From a virus (Duplodnaviria > Caudoviricetes), in the IMG/VR virus record IMGVR_UViG_3300048786_000038, positions 1-54,186 of that record: a stretch of 54,186 bases of DNA, one strand, 5' to 3'. Position numbers and translations under genes: made by a program. Shown piece after piece: positions 1 to 9,093 of the stretch. The number at the start of each line of letters is the position of its first letter. Position 1 is the first letter of the stretch. The notes below the pieces were generated by a model, which was not told where the DNA came from, made no database searches, and saw nothing but the letters and a program-made list of their open reading frames with translations.

Positions 1-23
1 GGAAAAACTCTAATCACTCTCAT
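1..23 (-). CDS. Probable N-terminal fragment (MRVIRVFP) of the radical SAM protein found at the other end of the window
   Basis: ATG at 23 overlaps the TGA of the helicase-methylase gene (ATGA); the radical SAM ORF is open to the window end. Confidence 0.65.
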
Positions 24-2755
24 GTACTGTTAACATCCCTTACCGCTAAGGTAGCGTATACCCGCCGCGCGGGGGTGTCAAAAAGGTCCTGGCCGACAAA
101 ATGGCCCTCGGCATAGCGGCAGTTGTCGGCAGCGATACGGAAATAGCTTTCCTTCAATTCGACCCCGATTCCCTTTCGGCCGAACCGAACCGCCTGATAG
201 ACTTCTGAGCCTATTCCCATGAACGGAGTCAACACCGTCTCCCCGGGATTGGAGTACAGCTTGATGCACCGCTCAATGGCTCCAAGTTGCAGGGGGCAGA
301 TGTGCTTTTCGTCATCGGCGTCGCGGGCCGGGGCATAGCGGAGCACGTCCGACTCCCGGATGCCGAACCAGATGCCGTGAGCCCAGTTGATCCACGTCTC
401 GTTTTCCATGTCGCCATTCTCGACGGGGCGAATCTGGACAGCGTTCTCCCCCGGCTTCTTGAATATCAATATCTGGTCGATGATGGCAGGCCGGGAGTGA
501 GAGGAATCCTTGCGGAGTTGAGCGAATAGGAGCGCCTTGCTCTTGATGCGGATCGCTTGCGCCTGAGGATTCTTCTGGATGAACGCGCGACCGACAAACA
601 CCCAGCCCTCCCGCTCATAGGCGCGTATCACTTCCCCGGGGAAATCGCGCATGCCGATGTAGCCGTCTTTCACTTCCATCGCGGGGATGTCAGAGGAATG
701 GACGCACGTCAAGCGGCCGGGCTTTGTCACGCGGAGCACTTCGCGGATGATGAAGGCATAGTGCTGGAAAAACTCCCCCCAGTCCTTCGAGTTTCCCAGA
801 TCGTGCTCGCTGTTCGTGTAGGTGTAGAGGTCCGCGAACGGTGGGGAGTACACTGAAAGGTCGATGCTGTTCTCGGACAGCTTCGGAAGCTCTTGGCACG
901 AATCCCCGTTGATCGCTCGGAAGTTTGCGCCCGTCACTTCCTCATAGAACGCCGATTCCGCCTGCTTTACTTCGTCGCCCATGTTCAATTCCCGCCTTTC
1001 GTAGATTGCGATATTGCGCAGCAGCTCGCTGGTCATCAGCTTCGCCACGCGCTCCTTGCGTTTCACGTTCTCCCATATCTCCTGCTCGGCTGCCGACATG
1101 ATGATGAACACGTTGACCGGGTGTTTCTGCCCGTAGCGCCATTCTCGGCGGATGCACTGGTAGTACGATTCCCATGAATCGTTCATGCCGAAGAAGATCA
1201 TATTGTGAGCTGATTGAAGATTTAGGCCCCATCCGCATATTTTCGGTTTACTTAGAAGAATTGAAGTCTCTCCGTCGATGAACTGTTCTATTCTTTTTTC
1301 TTTCTCTCCGATAGGCAACTCGCCATAAACGGACGAATAATCCTTGATTATTCCCTCAATCGCTTCTTGCTCAGAATTGAGGCCGCACCAAATCACCCAC
1401 CGAGATATTTTATCGCTTTCATTAGCAATTTCGGATTGTCCTTGAACGATCCCAGTCCGAAGTTGCAATTCACGCAGAGCAACCCCCGTATCTTCTTTGT
1501 GTTGTGGCAATGATCCACATAGGGCTTTTCCATTTCCTGATTGCAGATGGCGCATTTCCCCTTCTGTTGATCCAGCATAGACCGGAACTCCTGCGCTGTT
1601 ATCCCATAGAGTCGCATTCTCTGATTTTGTCTTCTCTCTGGATTTTCCTTCTGCCACTTCTTGACTTGCGCCCTCGCTTCCACCCTGCGCCATTCGTCCC
1701 GAGCGTACAATTCCCTTCTCCGTTCGTTTACCTTCGCCTGTTGCTCCGGAGTCCTCTTCCACTTTTCCAAGTGAGATTGCCTGTACGCCTTCATGTATTC
1801 CGATTTGCTCATGCCGATTATTATACGCTTTGGAATTAATAATATCAAGCACTTTGCCGAGACGGTCGGGAATCGTTGAGCGTCTGACATTTGTCCTGTC
1901 CGTGATACCGGATAGCTTCGAGTGAAAAAGCTCCCCCTCAGGCACGTAGTCAGATTCGACGACTATCGGCGTGATGGTGAGTTTCGGAAGTATGTAGCCT
2001 TCATCGGAATAACCCAGCTCGGACGGCCGCGCCATCGCCACGGCCCACGATGCCATCCACTCGTAGAACGGACCGCGTGCATGATTCTTCAACCGCCATT
2101 CCTGGCCCTGCTTGTTGCTATGCTTCTTGCGCGTGATTGAGCCGTCCTGTTCCTCTCGCTCGTCCTGCTTGTTGGCGTGGATGAAAAACATGGCAAGCAT
2201 TTCCGCGCTCTTGCAGATGCCGAGAAACTCGGCGTGATTTCCGATCTCGCTTTGATCATTAGGTGCCGGGGTAGCCGTGCAGCAGAGGCGATATTTCACC
2301 GTGGCGCACCGCTCGGTCAAGAGTTTTCGCGTCACCCCGCCGATGGATTTCAGGATGGACGATTCATCGAGAACGACCGCTCCGAATTGCGAGAAGTCAA
2401 GCGCGTCGATCATTTCATAGTTGCAGATCGAAAACGGTCCCGACACGTCGGCCATGCTTCGGATGTACTTGATCTCAATTCCGATCTTTGCTCCCTCGCG
2501 GATCGTCTGCCGTGTCACAGACAACGGGGCGATGATGAGCGTGCGCTCGCCAAGAAGGCGAGCCCATTCAAGCTGGATGAAGGTTTTTCCCAGGCCCGTA
2601 TCGAGAAAGATTGCCGCGCGCCCCTTGTGACACGCCCACCGCACTATGTCACGCTGGAAAGGGTAGAGCATGGAATTGACCTGCTCGTCGGAGATCTCGA
2701 TTCCCGCGTACTCCGCTCGTGCCTTCTTTGACTGCAAAAACTCGGTGTATGTCAC
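20..2755 (-). CDS. SNF2-like helicase fused to an N4/N6 DNA methyltransferase, with a ~150 aa insertion
   Basis: Helicase motifs DTGLGKT, LDESS, TATP, GLNLQ; MTase motifs SPPF, HICPLQL, TPFMGIGS; GTG at 2755 overlaps the upstream stop. Confidence 0.85.
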   Translation of the reverse strand: MTYTEFLQSKKARAEYAGIEISDEQVNSMLYPFQRDIVRWACHKGRAAIFLDTGLGKTFIQLEWARLLGERTLIIAPLSVTRQTIREGAKIGIEIKYIRSMADVSGPFSICNYEMIDALDFSQFGAVVLDESSILKSIGGVTRKLLTERCATVKYRLCCTATPAPNDQSEIGNHAEFLGICKSAEMLAMFFIHANKQDEREEQDGSITRKKHSNKQGQEWRLKNHARGPFYEWMASWAVAMARPSELGYSDEGYILPKLTITPIVVESDYVPEGELFHSKLSGITDRTNVRRSTIPDRLGKVLDIINSKAYNNRHEQIGIHEGVQAISLGKVEEDSGATGEGKRTEKGIVRSGRMAQGGSEGASQEVAEGKSREKTKSENATLWDNSAGVPVYAGSTEGEMRHLQSGNGKALCGSLPQHKEDTGVALRELQLRTGIVQGQSEIANESDKISRWVIWCGLNSEQEAIEGIIKDYSSVYGELPIGEKEKRIEQFIDGETSILLSKPKICGWGLNLQSAHNMIFFGMNDSWESYYQCIRREWRYGQKHPVNVFIIMSAAEQEIWENVKRKERVAKLMTSELLRNIAIYERRELNMGDEVKQAESAFYEEVTGANFRAINGDSCQELPKLSENSIDLSVYSPPFADLYTYTNSEHDLGNSKDWGEFFQHYAFIIREVLRVTKPGRLTCVHSSDIPAMEVKDGYIGMRDFPGEVIRAYEREGWVFVGRAFIQKNPQAQAIRIKSKALLFAQLRKDSSHSRPAIIDQILIFKKPGENAVQIRPVENGDMENETWINWAHGIWFGIRESDVLRYAPARDADDEKHICPLQLGAIERCIKLYSNPGETVLTPFMGIGSEVYQAVRFGRKGIGVELKESYFRIAADNCRYAEGHFVGQDLFDTPARRVYATLAVRDVNST
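1393..1812 (-). CDS. Endonuclease VII-family (His-Me) nuclease overprinted inside the helicase gene
   Basis: YGIT...QKGKCAIC...VDHCH..KKIRGLLCVNCNFGLG motif; promoter directly upstream; lower GC. Confidence 0.9.
   Translation of the reverse strand: MSKSEYMKAYRQSHLEKWKRTPEQQAKVNERRRELYARDEWRRVEARAQVKKWQKENPERRQNQRMRLYGITAQEFRSMLDQQKGKCAICNQEMEKPYVDHCHNTKKIRGLLCVNCNFGLGSFKDNPKLLMKAIKYLGG
1820..1848 (-). promoter_or_regulatory. sigma70-type promoter, leaderless, for the endonuclease VII ORF
   Basis: TTGATA-17-TATAAT-7 nt-ATG(1812). Confidence 0.8.
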
Positions 2756-4401
2756 GATACAAGCTCCCTTTCGCGCACGCCTTCTTCGATCTGCTTGCGC
2801 TTCCACCAGACCCAGCCGGGCTTGTAGCCCTTCTGCCGCGCAATCTCATGCAGCAGCGTCACGTTCACCGTAAGGCGCGGCGCATCGCGCTCGACCAGAT
2901 GCCAGTATACCCACATCGGCGCGCGCCCCAATTCCTCGGCCACGCGCAACAACTCCCCCACGGGCCCTTGGGCGATTCGCGGGGGATCCTCGGTGAGTGC
3001 CGAAAGCCATGCGTCGGTTGCCGCGCCTATGCGGTCCTGCACGTCACGGCGTTCCTCGGGGGCAAGGGTCGTCCACGCCTTCGGGGCCGTTCGCTCGACA
3101 AGCGGGACGTCGAGCTCCATGACCTCCTGCTCCTCTACGGGCAGAAGCTTACATCGCCCCTTGCATGCGGGGTCGCGGCAATACTCGCCGTCACGGTAGG
3201 GGCAGAAGCGCATGGCATCGGTGGGCTCGGCACGCTCGCGCTTTTCGGTGCCCGTGAAGTTCCATTGGATATCGGGGACGAAAAACAGAGGCACCCCGGG
3301 GTATCGCGGATCGGTATGCGCTTTAATCATGTTCGCGTGGTCGATGAAAAACGCCTCCCGCTTGCCCGCGAAAGGGCGTAGCAGGCGGCCGACCATCTGA
3401 AAGTACAGCGCGCGCGATAGCGTCGGGCGGATACTTGCGCCGTATTCGAGGTTCGGGATATCGACGCCGTACGTGGCAAGGTCGCAATTGACAAGGCCGT
3501 CGATGTGCTCCTCACGCATCGCGCGGAAGGCGAAATCGCGGTCGCCCTTCGGCATGTCGCCCCAAATCGCGCGGAAGTTGTATCCCGCGTCGTTGAAGGC
3601 GGCGGCCGTTTCCTTTGCGCTTTTCACACTTCGCGTGAAGATCAGCGCGGGGCGATTGCCTCCGTTCTCCCGCACGCCGTACTTGCGATAGAACTTGATG
3701 ACGTTGCCGTAGATCACTCGCTTATTGCGGTCGATGAAAGCCTCGTATTCCGCCTCTATGACCTCGGTGCCGCGCCAGTGCAGCTTGTCGAATCCCTCGA
3801 TAGGAGGTGGGGCAAAGTAGCGCAGGGGTGCAAGGAAATCGCGCTCGGTGAGCCACGGGATCGACGGCCCGTAGTGGATGCACTCATAGGGTCCGCCGAT
3901 GTTCACGCCGTCCACCATGAGGATGCCAAGCCCGCGGCCATCCAAACGCTCAGGGGTAGCGGTCAGCCCGATCACTTTCAGCGCGGGTTTCTCTGCGGAT
4001 GCGGTGTCGATGATGAGCGCCTGAGCGTCGTAGTACAGGTGCGCCTCGTCGAATATCAGCACATCGGGCCAACGCTTGATGCGATGCAGGCGCCGCAGGA
4101 GCGTGTCCTTCGATACGATATGCACGCGGAAGGCGCGCGACTCCTCCTTGCCTGCCGCGATGATGCCGTGCGGGATTTTCCAGCGTGCGAAATGCTTGCT
4201 TGCCTGCTTCAAGAGCTCGTTACGCGGGACGACAAACCAGATCACGCGCTCGGCCGAAAGGCCCATCGCCAGTGACACTATCTCCGCGACTTCCGCCGTT
4301 TTCCCGCCCCCCGTGGGTAGCTGGTGCAGGACGGAGCGATGCTCGCGGATCAGCGGGCGCAACTCGGCTATGTCGGTGGCCTGGTAGTCGCGGAGGCTCA
4401 T
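2752..4401 (-). CDS. SF2 DEAH-box helicase
   Basis: LRDYQ Q-motif, PTGGGKT, DEAH, LTATPER, QMVGRLLR; C-terminal KGYKPGWVW. Confidence 0.9.
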   Translation of the reverse strand: MSLRDYQATDIAELRPLIREHRSVLHQLPTGGGKTAEVAEIVSLAMGLSAERVIWFVVPRNELLKQASKHFARWKIPHGIIAAGKEESRAFRVHIVSKDTLLRRLHRIKRWPDVLIFDEAHLYYDAQALIIDTASAEKPALKVIGLTATPERLDGRGLGILMVDGVNIGGPYECIHYGPSIPWLTERDFLAPLRYFAPPPIEGFDKLHWRGTEVIEAEYEAFIDRNKRVIYGNVIKFYRKYGVRENGGNRPALIFTRSVKSAKETAAAFNDAGYNFRAIWGDMPKGDRDFAFRAMREEHIDGLVNCDLATYGVDIPNLEYGASIRPTLSRALYFQMVGRLLRPFAGKREAFFIDHANMIKAHTDPRYPGVPLFFVPDIQWNFTGTEKRERAEPTDAMRFCPYRDGEYCRDPACKGRCKLLPVEEQEVMELDVPLVERTAPKAWTTLAPEERRDVQDRIGAATDAWLSALTEDPPRIAQGPVGELLRVAEELGRAPMWVYWHLVERDAPRLTVNVTLLHEIARQKGYKPGWVWWKRKQIEEGVRERELVS

Positions 4402-4640
4402 TAGAATGGCATGTCCATGTCGTCTTCTGTTTCGAGTAGAACAGTGTGAGAAACATGCTCCTTCTCGAAGTATTCCAGAGCCTTGACAACGTAGAATTGT
4501 TTTCCTGGATTTCTCTCCGCAAGACGCTGCGCCTCTGATATCGCGTTTCTATATGAAAAATGGCGAAATGTTGGATTGTGACCGCCCGGTTCCCACACAA
4601 GCCAAAATACTTCCTCATGATTAGGTACTTGATTTGGCAT
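4401..4640 (-). CDS. Small phage protein
   Basis: ORF abutting both neighbours; AT-rich; EAQRLA..NPGKQFYV pattern. Confidence 0.6.
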   Translation of the reverse strand: MPNQVPNHEEVFWLVWEPGGHNPTFRHFSYRNAISEAQRLAERNPGKQFYVVKALEYFEKEHVSHTVLLETEDDMDMPF

Positions 4641-4641
4641 C

Positions 4642-5256
4642 TTACTCCCCCTTCCTGTAGACCCAGCTGCCGACCTGGTACTCGGGATTCGAGAGGTCGG
4701 CAAGGTCGTTAAACGTGCGGTCCGGTGCGCGCTTGAAGAAATCGGCCGTCGCCTTGCGCACATCGGCAAGCGAATAGTCATGCCCGCCAAGGAAGCCGCC
4801 CGCCTTCACCTTCGGCCACCACTCCGTGATATCGGCGAGTGCCGCCTTGTAGCTATGATCGCCGTCGATGTACACGAAATCAACTGACGCATCGGCGACG
4901 GTTGGTGCCACGTCCAGCGAGCGCGCTTTGTGCTTGACGATATTGCCGGCGTCCCTCGCACGCACGTCGAATGCGGCCTCGATGCCCGCGCGATAGGCAA
5001 GGGAAATGCGCGCAAGGTCGTCGAAGGCCCACGGATCAACGCAGTGCACGGTCGTAAAGTACCGCGCCCAGATCACCGCCGACTCCCCCGCGAATGAGCC
5101 GATCTCGTACATGACGCTTTTCGTGATTTCCCATGTATGGCGGGGGATACTGAAAATGACGTCACTCGGCCCGACCATGTACTCGCACATGTCGACAAGC
5201 CCCTGCGTCATCTGCGGCCCCAGTGCCTCGCGCATCGACATCATCATGCGATCCAT
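4642..5256 (-). CDS. Class I SAM-dependent methyltransferase (Methyltransf_24-like)
   Basis: EIGSFAGES, VDPW, DFVYIDGDHSY, GGFLGGHDY. Confidence 0.88.
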   Translation of the reverse strand: MDRMMMSMREALGPQMTQGLVDMCEYMVGPSDVIFSIPRHTWEITKSVMYEIGSFAGESAVIWARYFTTVHCVDPWAFDDLARISLAYRAGIEAAFDVRARDAGNIVKHKARSLDVAPTVADASVDFVYIDGDHSYKAALADITEWWPKVKAGGFLGGHDYSLADVRKATADFFKRAPDRTFNDLADLSNPEYQVGSWVYRKGE

Positions 5257-5257
5257 T

Positions 5258-5629
5258 TCAGTTTACCTCACTCGGCGGGAGCGGCGGGAGCTTTGCACCG
5301 GCCGGGGCGATGACAAGGCCGGATATCGCCTGCTTGCAGAGGGCGAGCACGTTTGCATCCGTGCAATCGCTTACGAAACACGCGGCACGGCCTGCACGCA
5401 GGAACGTCGGCTGCAGCGGGATGTTCGGCCCGAATCCCTTGACAAAGTTCACGCCCTGCATGCCTTGGGCATTCGGCGGCCCGAACAGCAGGCACACGGT
5501 TTTTGCGGGGTCAAAGATGTATGACTCCCCGTCCTCGCGCACGGCCTCCGAGTAGAGCACGGCCAGCCCGAGGTGGTAGATGCATGGCAGGCCCGACACC
5601 AGGCGCCCGTCAGGTTTCATGAGTTCCAT
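5258..5629 (-). CDS. Hypothetical protein
   Basis: GGAGGAG Shine-Dalgarno before ATG 5629; operon context. Confidence 0.6.
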   Translation of the reverse strand: MELMKPDGRLVSGLPCIYHLGLAVLYSEAVREDGESYIFDPAKTVCLLFGPPNAQGMQGVNFVKGFGPNIPLQPTFLRAGRAACFVSDCTDANVLALCKQAISGLVIAPAGAKLPPLPPSEVN

Positions 5630-5816
5630 GTTGCTCCTCCCGCGTTTTCCCGCGCCCGGGTATAGGAATCGCTCATTTTCGACCATGCGACCATTTCAGG
5701 GAGTCCCATGAGTGGCAGGATCACGATCTCCATCCACGTGATAAACTTTGCTTTTCGCCCTACTGTGTGCATTATTTCGCAAGCCTGTATGACCGTAAGC
5801 TTTCTCTGTTTCGCCT

Positions 5817-5990
5817 TCATTTCTCCCTCGCTTTCTGTAGCTCGCTTTCAAGCCACGCCACATAGCCCGCGTCGATGAACTCGCCAAGCGCCGAGGGATG
5901 CACCATCATCACGCGTTGCACTTCGCGCCCGCATGCGGTGAGATACTCGCGCGAGAACGGGCGGGTGTACTCGGGACGGCGCGCGGTCAT
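5817..5990 (-). CDS. Hypothetical protein
   Basis: ATGA overlaps with neighbours on both sides. Confidence 0.5.
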   Translation of the reverse strand: MTARRPEYTRPFSREYLTACGREVQRVMMVHPSALGEFIDAGYVAWLESELQKAREK

Positions 5991-6178
5991 TTCCAAAGCC
6001 TCGCAAGCCACGCCGCCAATTCTTGAACTTCCCTTCCTGTAGCCTTTCTCAAACGGGGAGGAGTTGAATCCCCAAGGATTTCAATCATCGCCTGTTTTAC
6101 TTTTACGCGCCCTGTTTTCTGGTTGACATAGGCATGTGCCTGGATCCTGAGCATTTCTGCTCTTTCGTTAATCGTCAT
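5987..6178 (-). CDS. Hypothetical protein
   Basis: AGGAG upstream; overlaps the next gene. Confidence 0.5.
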   Translation of the reverse strand: MTINERAEMLRIQAHAYVNQKTGRVKVKQAMIEILGDSTPPRLRKATGREVQELAAWLARLWK

Positions 6179-6201
6179 AGCCCCAGCTCCTTTCTCACCG
6201 C

Positions 6202-7524
6202 CTAAAAAGGCGGCTCCCCTTCGAGGATGGATGCGGAAAACACCATGCAGCGGCGCACCTCTCCAAGCGCGTTGACTACCTTGTCCTTGTCAGTGCACAG
6301 CGTGTGACGTGAAAGCACGCGCGCATATTGCGTCGTGGTGCCCATGATGCGTGCAAGCTCGGGCCTGCCGCGTGCGATGCTGAATTGCCCCGTTCGCGGC
6401 ATGATGTACAAGCCGTACAGATTCAGCGTGCGACGGAAGCGCTCTTCTTTCTCAGGCGACAGCGGTTCGGCGACAAGCGATATCTCATCCTTTTCCACGC
6501 CCTTCGACAGCGCAAGTGCCATTTGCCCCACTGTGTACTTTTGCGGTGCATCGGCGGCCTGCACGATAGCCGTCAACAGGCGATTGATGATCGTGTCCGC
6601 ATCGTTGTCGAGGACCTCGGGCGGCTTCGTGTCATAGACCTTGGAAAGCCATTCCGCGAGCTCGGCCTCCTCCGGCCTTTTGCTTTTCCAGACGACCCAG
6701 TGAGCGGCGAACAGGATGCCCTCGAGCTTCGCATAGCGGGTGTCAAAGCCTGATGCATCGCGGATCGGCTCGATCATGGCATCGGCAAGGCGCAGTATTT
6801 CGTCGATTCGCGGCCAGACAAACGCACGCACGGCTGCGCAATTGGGGGGCGTAAAAAGGGACTCTGCTTTTGATTTCACGCGTGGCCATGCGTTTCCGTC
6901 GGGCTTCACCAGATCGACGGTGAAAAAACGGGAGGTGTCCGCCTGGCGCTCAAGCCCCGGCGATATGCCTGCAAGCAGGTACTGGCAGTGCGTTGCAAAT
7001 GACATCGCCCGCCCGCTCATGGTGCCTTTTACGATCGGCGGGGAATCGTTGCTTGTCGATTGCCGTACAAGGTCGAGGATGCCGAATGCCCGCCGTGTAT
7101 TGTTGTCCTCGTTTTTCATGAACTCAAGCTCATCGATAACCGTAGGCAAGCAATCATTACCGACTGTCTGCCGGACCCCCGCCTCGGTTGACGCACCTGA
7201 GAAATACAGCGGCTTTGCAAGCGGGTTGACCACCATGTCGAGGATCGTCGATTTACCCACCCCGGATTCGCCTGTCAGGTACCCGGCGGGCCGCCACGGC
7301 AGGGCGCCGCAGAACGGCGATATTGCGCACCATGCGAGCAGTCGCGCGCAGTCGGCTTGCGTCTCGAATGACATTTCTGAGGCCGCGGAAAACATGGCCG
7401 TGCGTGTTTCGGCGGACGCAGGAGCCACATCCAGGCCCATGTCCAGCGCGGCTTTCGATTGGTAGATGAACGCACCCGAGGAGTCACCATACAGCCTCTC
7501 CCCATCGTTGAAAATGAATGTCAA
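6202..7524 (-). CDS. Primase-associated helicase/ATPase, C-terminal part of a split gene
   Basis: Walker A GESGVGKST, Walker B VIDELE, STEAGVRQ, ADTSRF; TTG start overlaps the HNH stop. Confidence 0.8.
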   Translation of the reverse strand: MTFIFNDGERLYGDSSGAFIYQSKAALDMGLDVAPASAETRTAMFSAASEMSFETQADCARLLAWCAISPFCGALPWRPAGYLTGESGVGKSTILDMVVNPLAKPLYFSGASTEAGVRQTVGNDCLPTVIDELEFMKNEDNNTRRAFGILDLVRQSTSNDSPPIVKGTMSGRAMSFATHCQYLLAGISPGLERQADTSRFFTVDLVKPDGNAWPRVKSKAESLFTPPNCAAVRAFVWPRIDEILRLADAMIEPIRDASGFDTRYAKLEGILFAAHWVVWKSKRPEEAELAEWLSKVYDTKPPEVLDNDADTIINRLLTAIVQAADAPQKYTVGQMALALSKGVEKDEISLVAEPLSPEKEERFRRTLNLYGLYIMPRTGQFSIARGRPELARIMGTTTQYARVLSRHTLCTDKDKVVNALGEVRRCMVFSASILEGEPPF

Positions 7525-7886
7525 ACCGCACGCTCCAAGGAAAGCAATTCGTCCATGCGTTCAAGGACGCGCATCCTGCCGAGGTGCTTGCCGAGATATT
7601 TCCATGCATAGAAGCCCGCGACGTAGGGCTTGAACCATTCCGAGTGCTCATAGATGAACGGCTGATTCATCTTCACGCGCCCCTGTATGCGAAGGTGACA
7701 ACGCTGGCACAACGGCGCAAGGTTCCACCATCGGCAATTCGATTTGTCGCCGTCGAGGTGATGAACGGTAAGAACGTGGCCCGACTTCACATCATGCGGA
7801 TGGCCACAGCGGACGCACTTCCACCCTGCGGCTTTCTTGATGCGCTTCGCGATCTTGTACCAGTTCGAAGGATATTCGCCAATCAT
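7521..7886 (-). CDS. HNH endonuclease inserted in the primase/helicase gene
   Basis: CVRCG...LTVHHLDGDKSNC...NLAPLCQRCH; ATGA and TTGA overlaps at its two ends. Confidence 0.92.
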   Translation of the reverse strand: MIGEYPSNWYKIAKRIKKAAGWKCVRCGHPHDVKSGHVLTVHHLDGDKSNCRWWNLAPLCQRCHLRIQGRVKMNQPFIYEHSEWFKPYVAGFYAWKYLGKHLGRMRVLERMDELLSLERAV

Positions 7887-8515
7887 TCCTCTCTCCAACA
7901 TCCGCGGCCGCGGAGCTTGCGCGTGTCAAACGCTTTGCCCCCGCCGTCCTGTATGATGTCCTCGATTGCCTTGTCCCACGACAGTTTCTCGCCGTTTGAG
8001 TAGTGCGTGTACCAGTAGGCGAAGGGGCCGAGCACTTTCAGCTTTTCCTTGCCCAGCGATTCAAGCCGCCACGCCTGTATGCGACCGAATTGATCCGTGA
8101 AATACGTAAGGCCGTCGTCGGCGGTGCCGTGGATGATAAACGGCGGCTTCTCATCCGCTGTCGGCTCCTCGGGTTTTGGTGACCGTGAGGAGTGCGTCCA
8201 GAACTTATTCAGCTCCGCCTTTGAAAGCTTGTAGCGCTCCATCAACGCGGGACGCGAGATAATGAATTGCTCCTCGGACAGCAGGTCAAGCTCGGCCATC
8301 AGCTCGTTGATCTGCGCGGAGGCATCTTTCTTTGCTTTCTTCCCCAGCGTTCGGCGTGCCGTTACACTCGGCAATTCAGACGGCGGTGCGGGGTCGCGTC
8401 GAGTTTCCAGTTCCTTCGAATCCGACCAGCGGATCCCGCACGGCTCGCACATGGCACTTCCGTCCTCGTAGAGAATGACGGGCACGCCGCAATTTGTGCA
8501 AATAGGGATGGGCAT
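7883..8515 (-). CDS. Zn-ribbon protein, N-terminal part of the split primase/helicase gene
   Basis: CTNC...CEPC; ends in FDTRKLRGRGCWREE, recalled as a motif that is internal in intact homologues. Confidence 0.7.
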   Translation of the reverse strand: MPIPICTNCGVPVILYEDGSAMCEPCGIRWSDSKELETRRDPAPPSELPSVTARRTLGKKAKKDASAQINELMAELDLLSEEQFIISRPALMERYKLSKAELNKFWTHSSRSPKPEEPTADEKPPFIIHGTADDGLTYFTDQFGRIQAWRLESLGKEKLKVLGPFAYWYTHYSNGEKLSWDKAIEDIIQDGGGKAFDTRKLRGRGCWREE

Positions 8516-8524
8516 CAGGCGCGC

Positions 8525-8734
8525 CTATCGACCGCTCATGCATTTCGCGCGATGCTCGGCCATCGCCAACTTCTTGGCCTCCGCGCCCGATGAGGCGTGC
8601 ACGTTGTGCCAGCACGCCAGCAGGTGAGGCGCAAACCACTGCGTATATGCTCGCAACCGCGGACGACGTTTCCCCGGAGTTTCCACGACTGCGACGTGAA
8701 TGAGGCTGTCGGGTGCGGATGAGAAGATTCTCAT
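8525..8734 (-). CDS. Hypothetical protein
   Basis: ATGA overlap with the upstream gene. Confidence 0.4.
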   Translation of the reverse strand: MRIFSSAPDSLIHVAVVETPGKRRPRLRAYTQWFAPHLLACWHNVHASSGAEAKKLAMAEHRAKCMSGR

Positions 8735-9093
8735 TTCGGCGCCTCAATCGCGGTCGGCGTGATCACCTGCGGCTTGTCAAGCTCGGCCTGGATGCGGGCG
8801 GCAATCACCGCGCGCTCTGTAGGCGATGACTCGGCAAGGATCATGTCGATGTTATGCGAAAGCATTCCGCGCACCATCCACATCCACAGGCATGAAAGGC
8901 CGATTACGACCTCCACGAGGATGACGATGAGGTTCTTGACATCCGGTGCAAGCTCGAATCCCGCGTAGTGAAGCGCGGTGAACGCCACGAAGTTGACCAG
9001 TAGCCACATGAGGCCCTCGGCGCCCGCCATCCCGAGGATGAACAGCGCGATTGACGCCCGACGGCGCGCGCGCACGCGATCTTCGAAGGTCAT
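8731..9093 (-). CDS. Membrane protein (2 predicted TM segments)
   Basis: Two hydrophobic segments; ATGA overlap. Confidence 0.6.
   Translation of the reverse strand: MTFEDRVRARRRASIALFILGMAGAEGLMWLLVNFVAFTALHYAGFELAPDVKNLIVILVEVVIGLSCLWMWMVRGMLSHNIDMILAESSPTERAVIAARIQAELDKPQVITPTAIEAPK

Noticed and set aside
1393-1850. Intein or group I intron in the helicase gene
   Set aside because: No Cys/Ser...His-Asn intein ends or splicing blocks in the host frame, and no non-coding space for a ribozyme core; a covariance search would be needed to exclude it fully
7519-7524. TTGACA at the HNH end as a promoter
   Set aside because: No -10 box at 16-18 nt
7500-7900. T4 gene 60-type ribosomal bypass
   Set aside because: The gap is ~360 nt and no matched take-off/landing codons are evident; translational coupling is simpler
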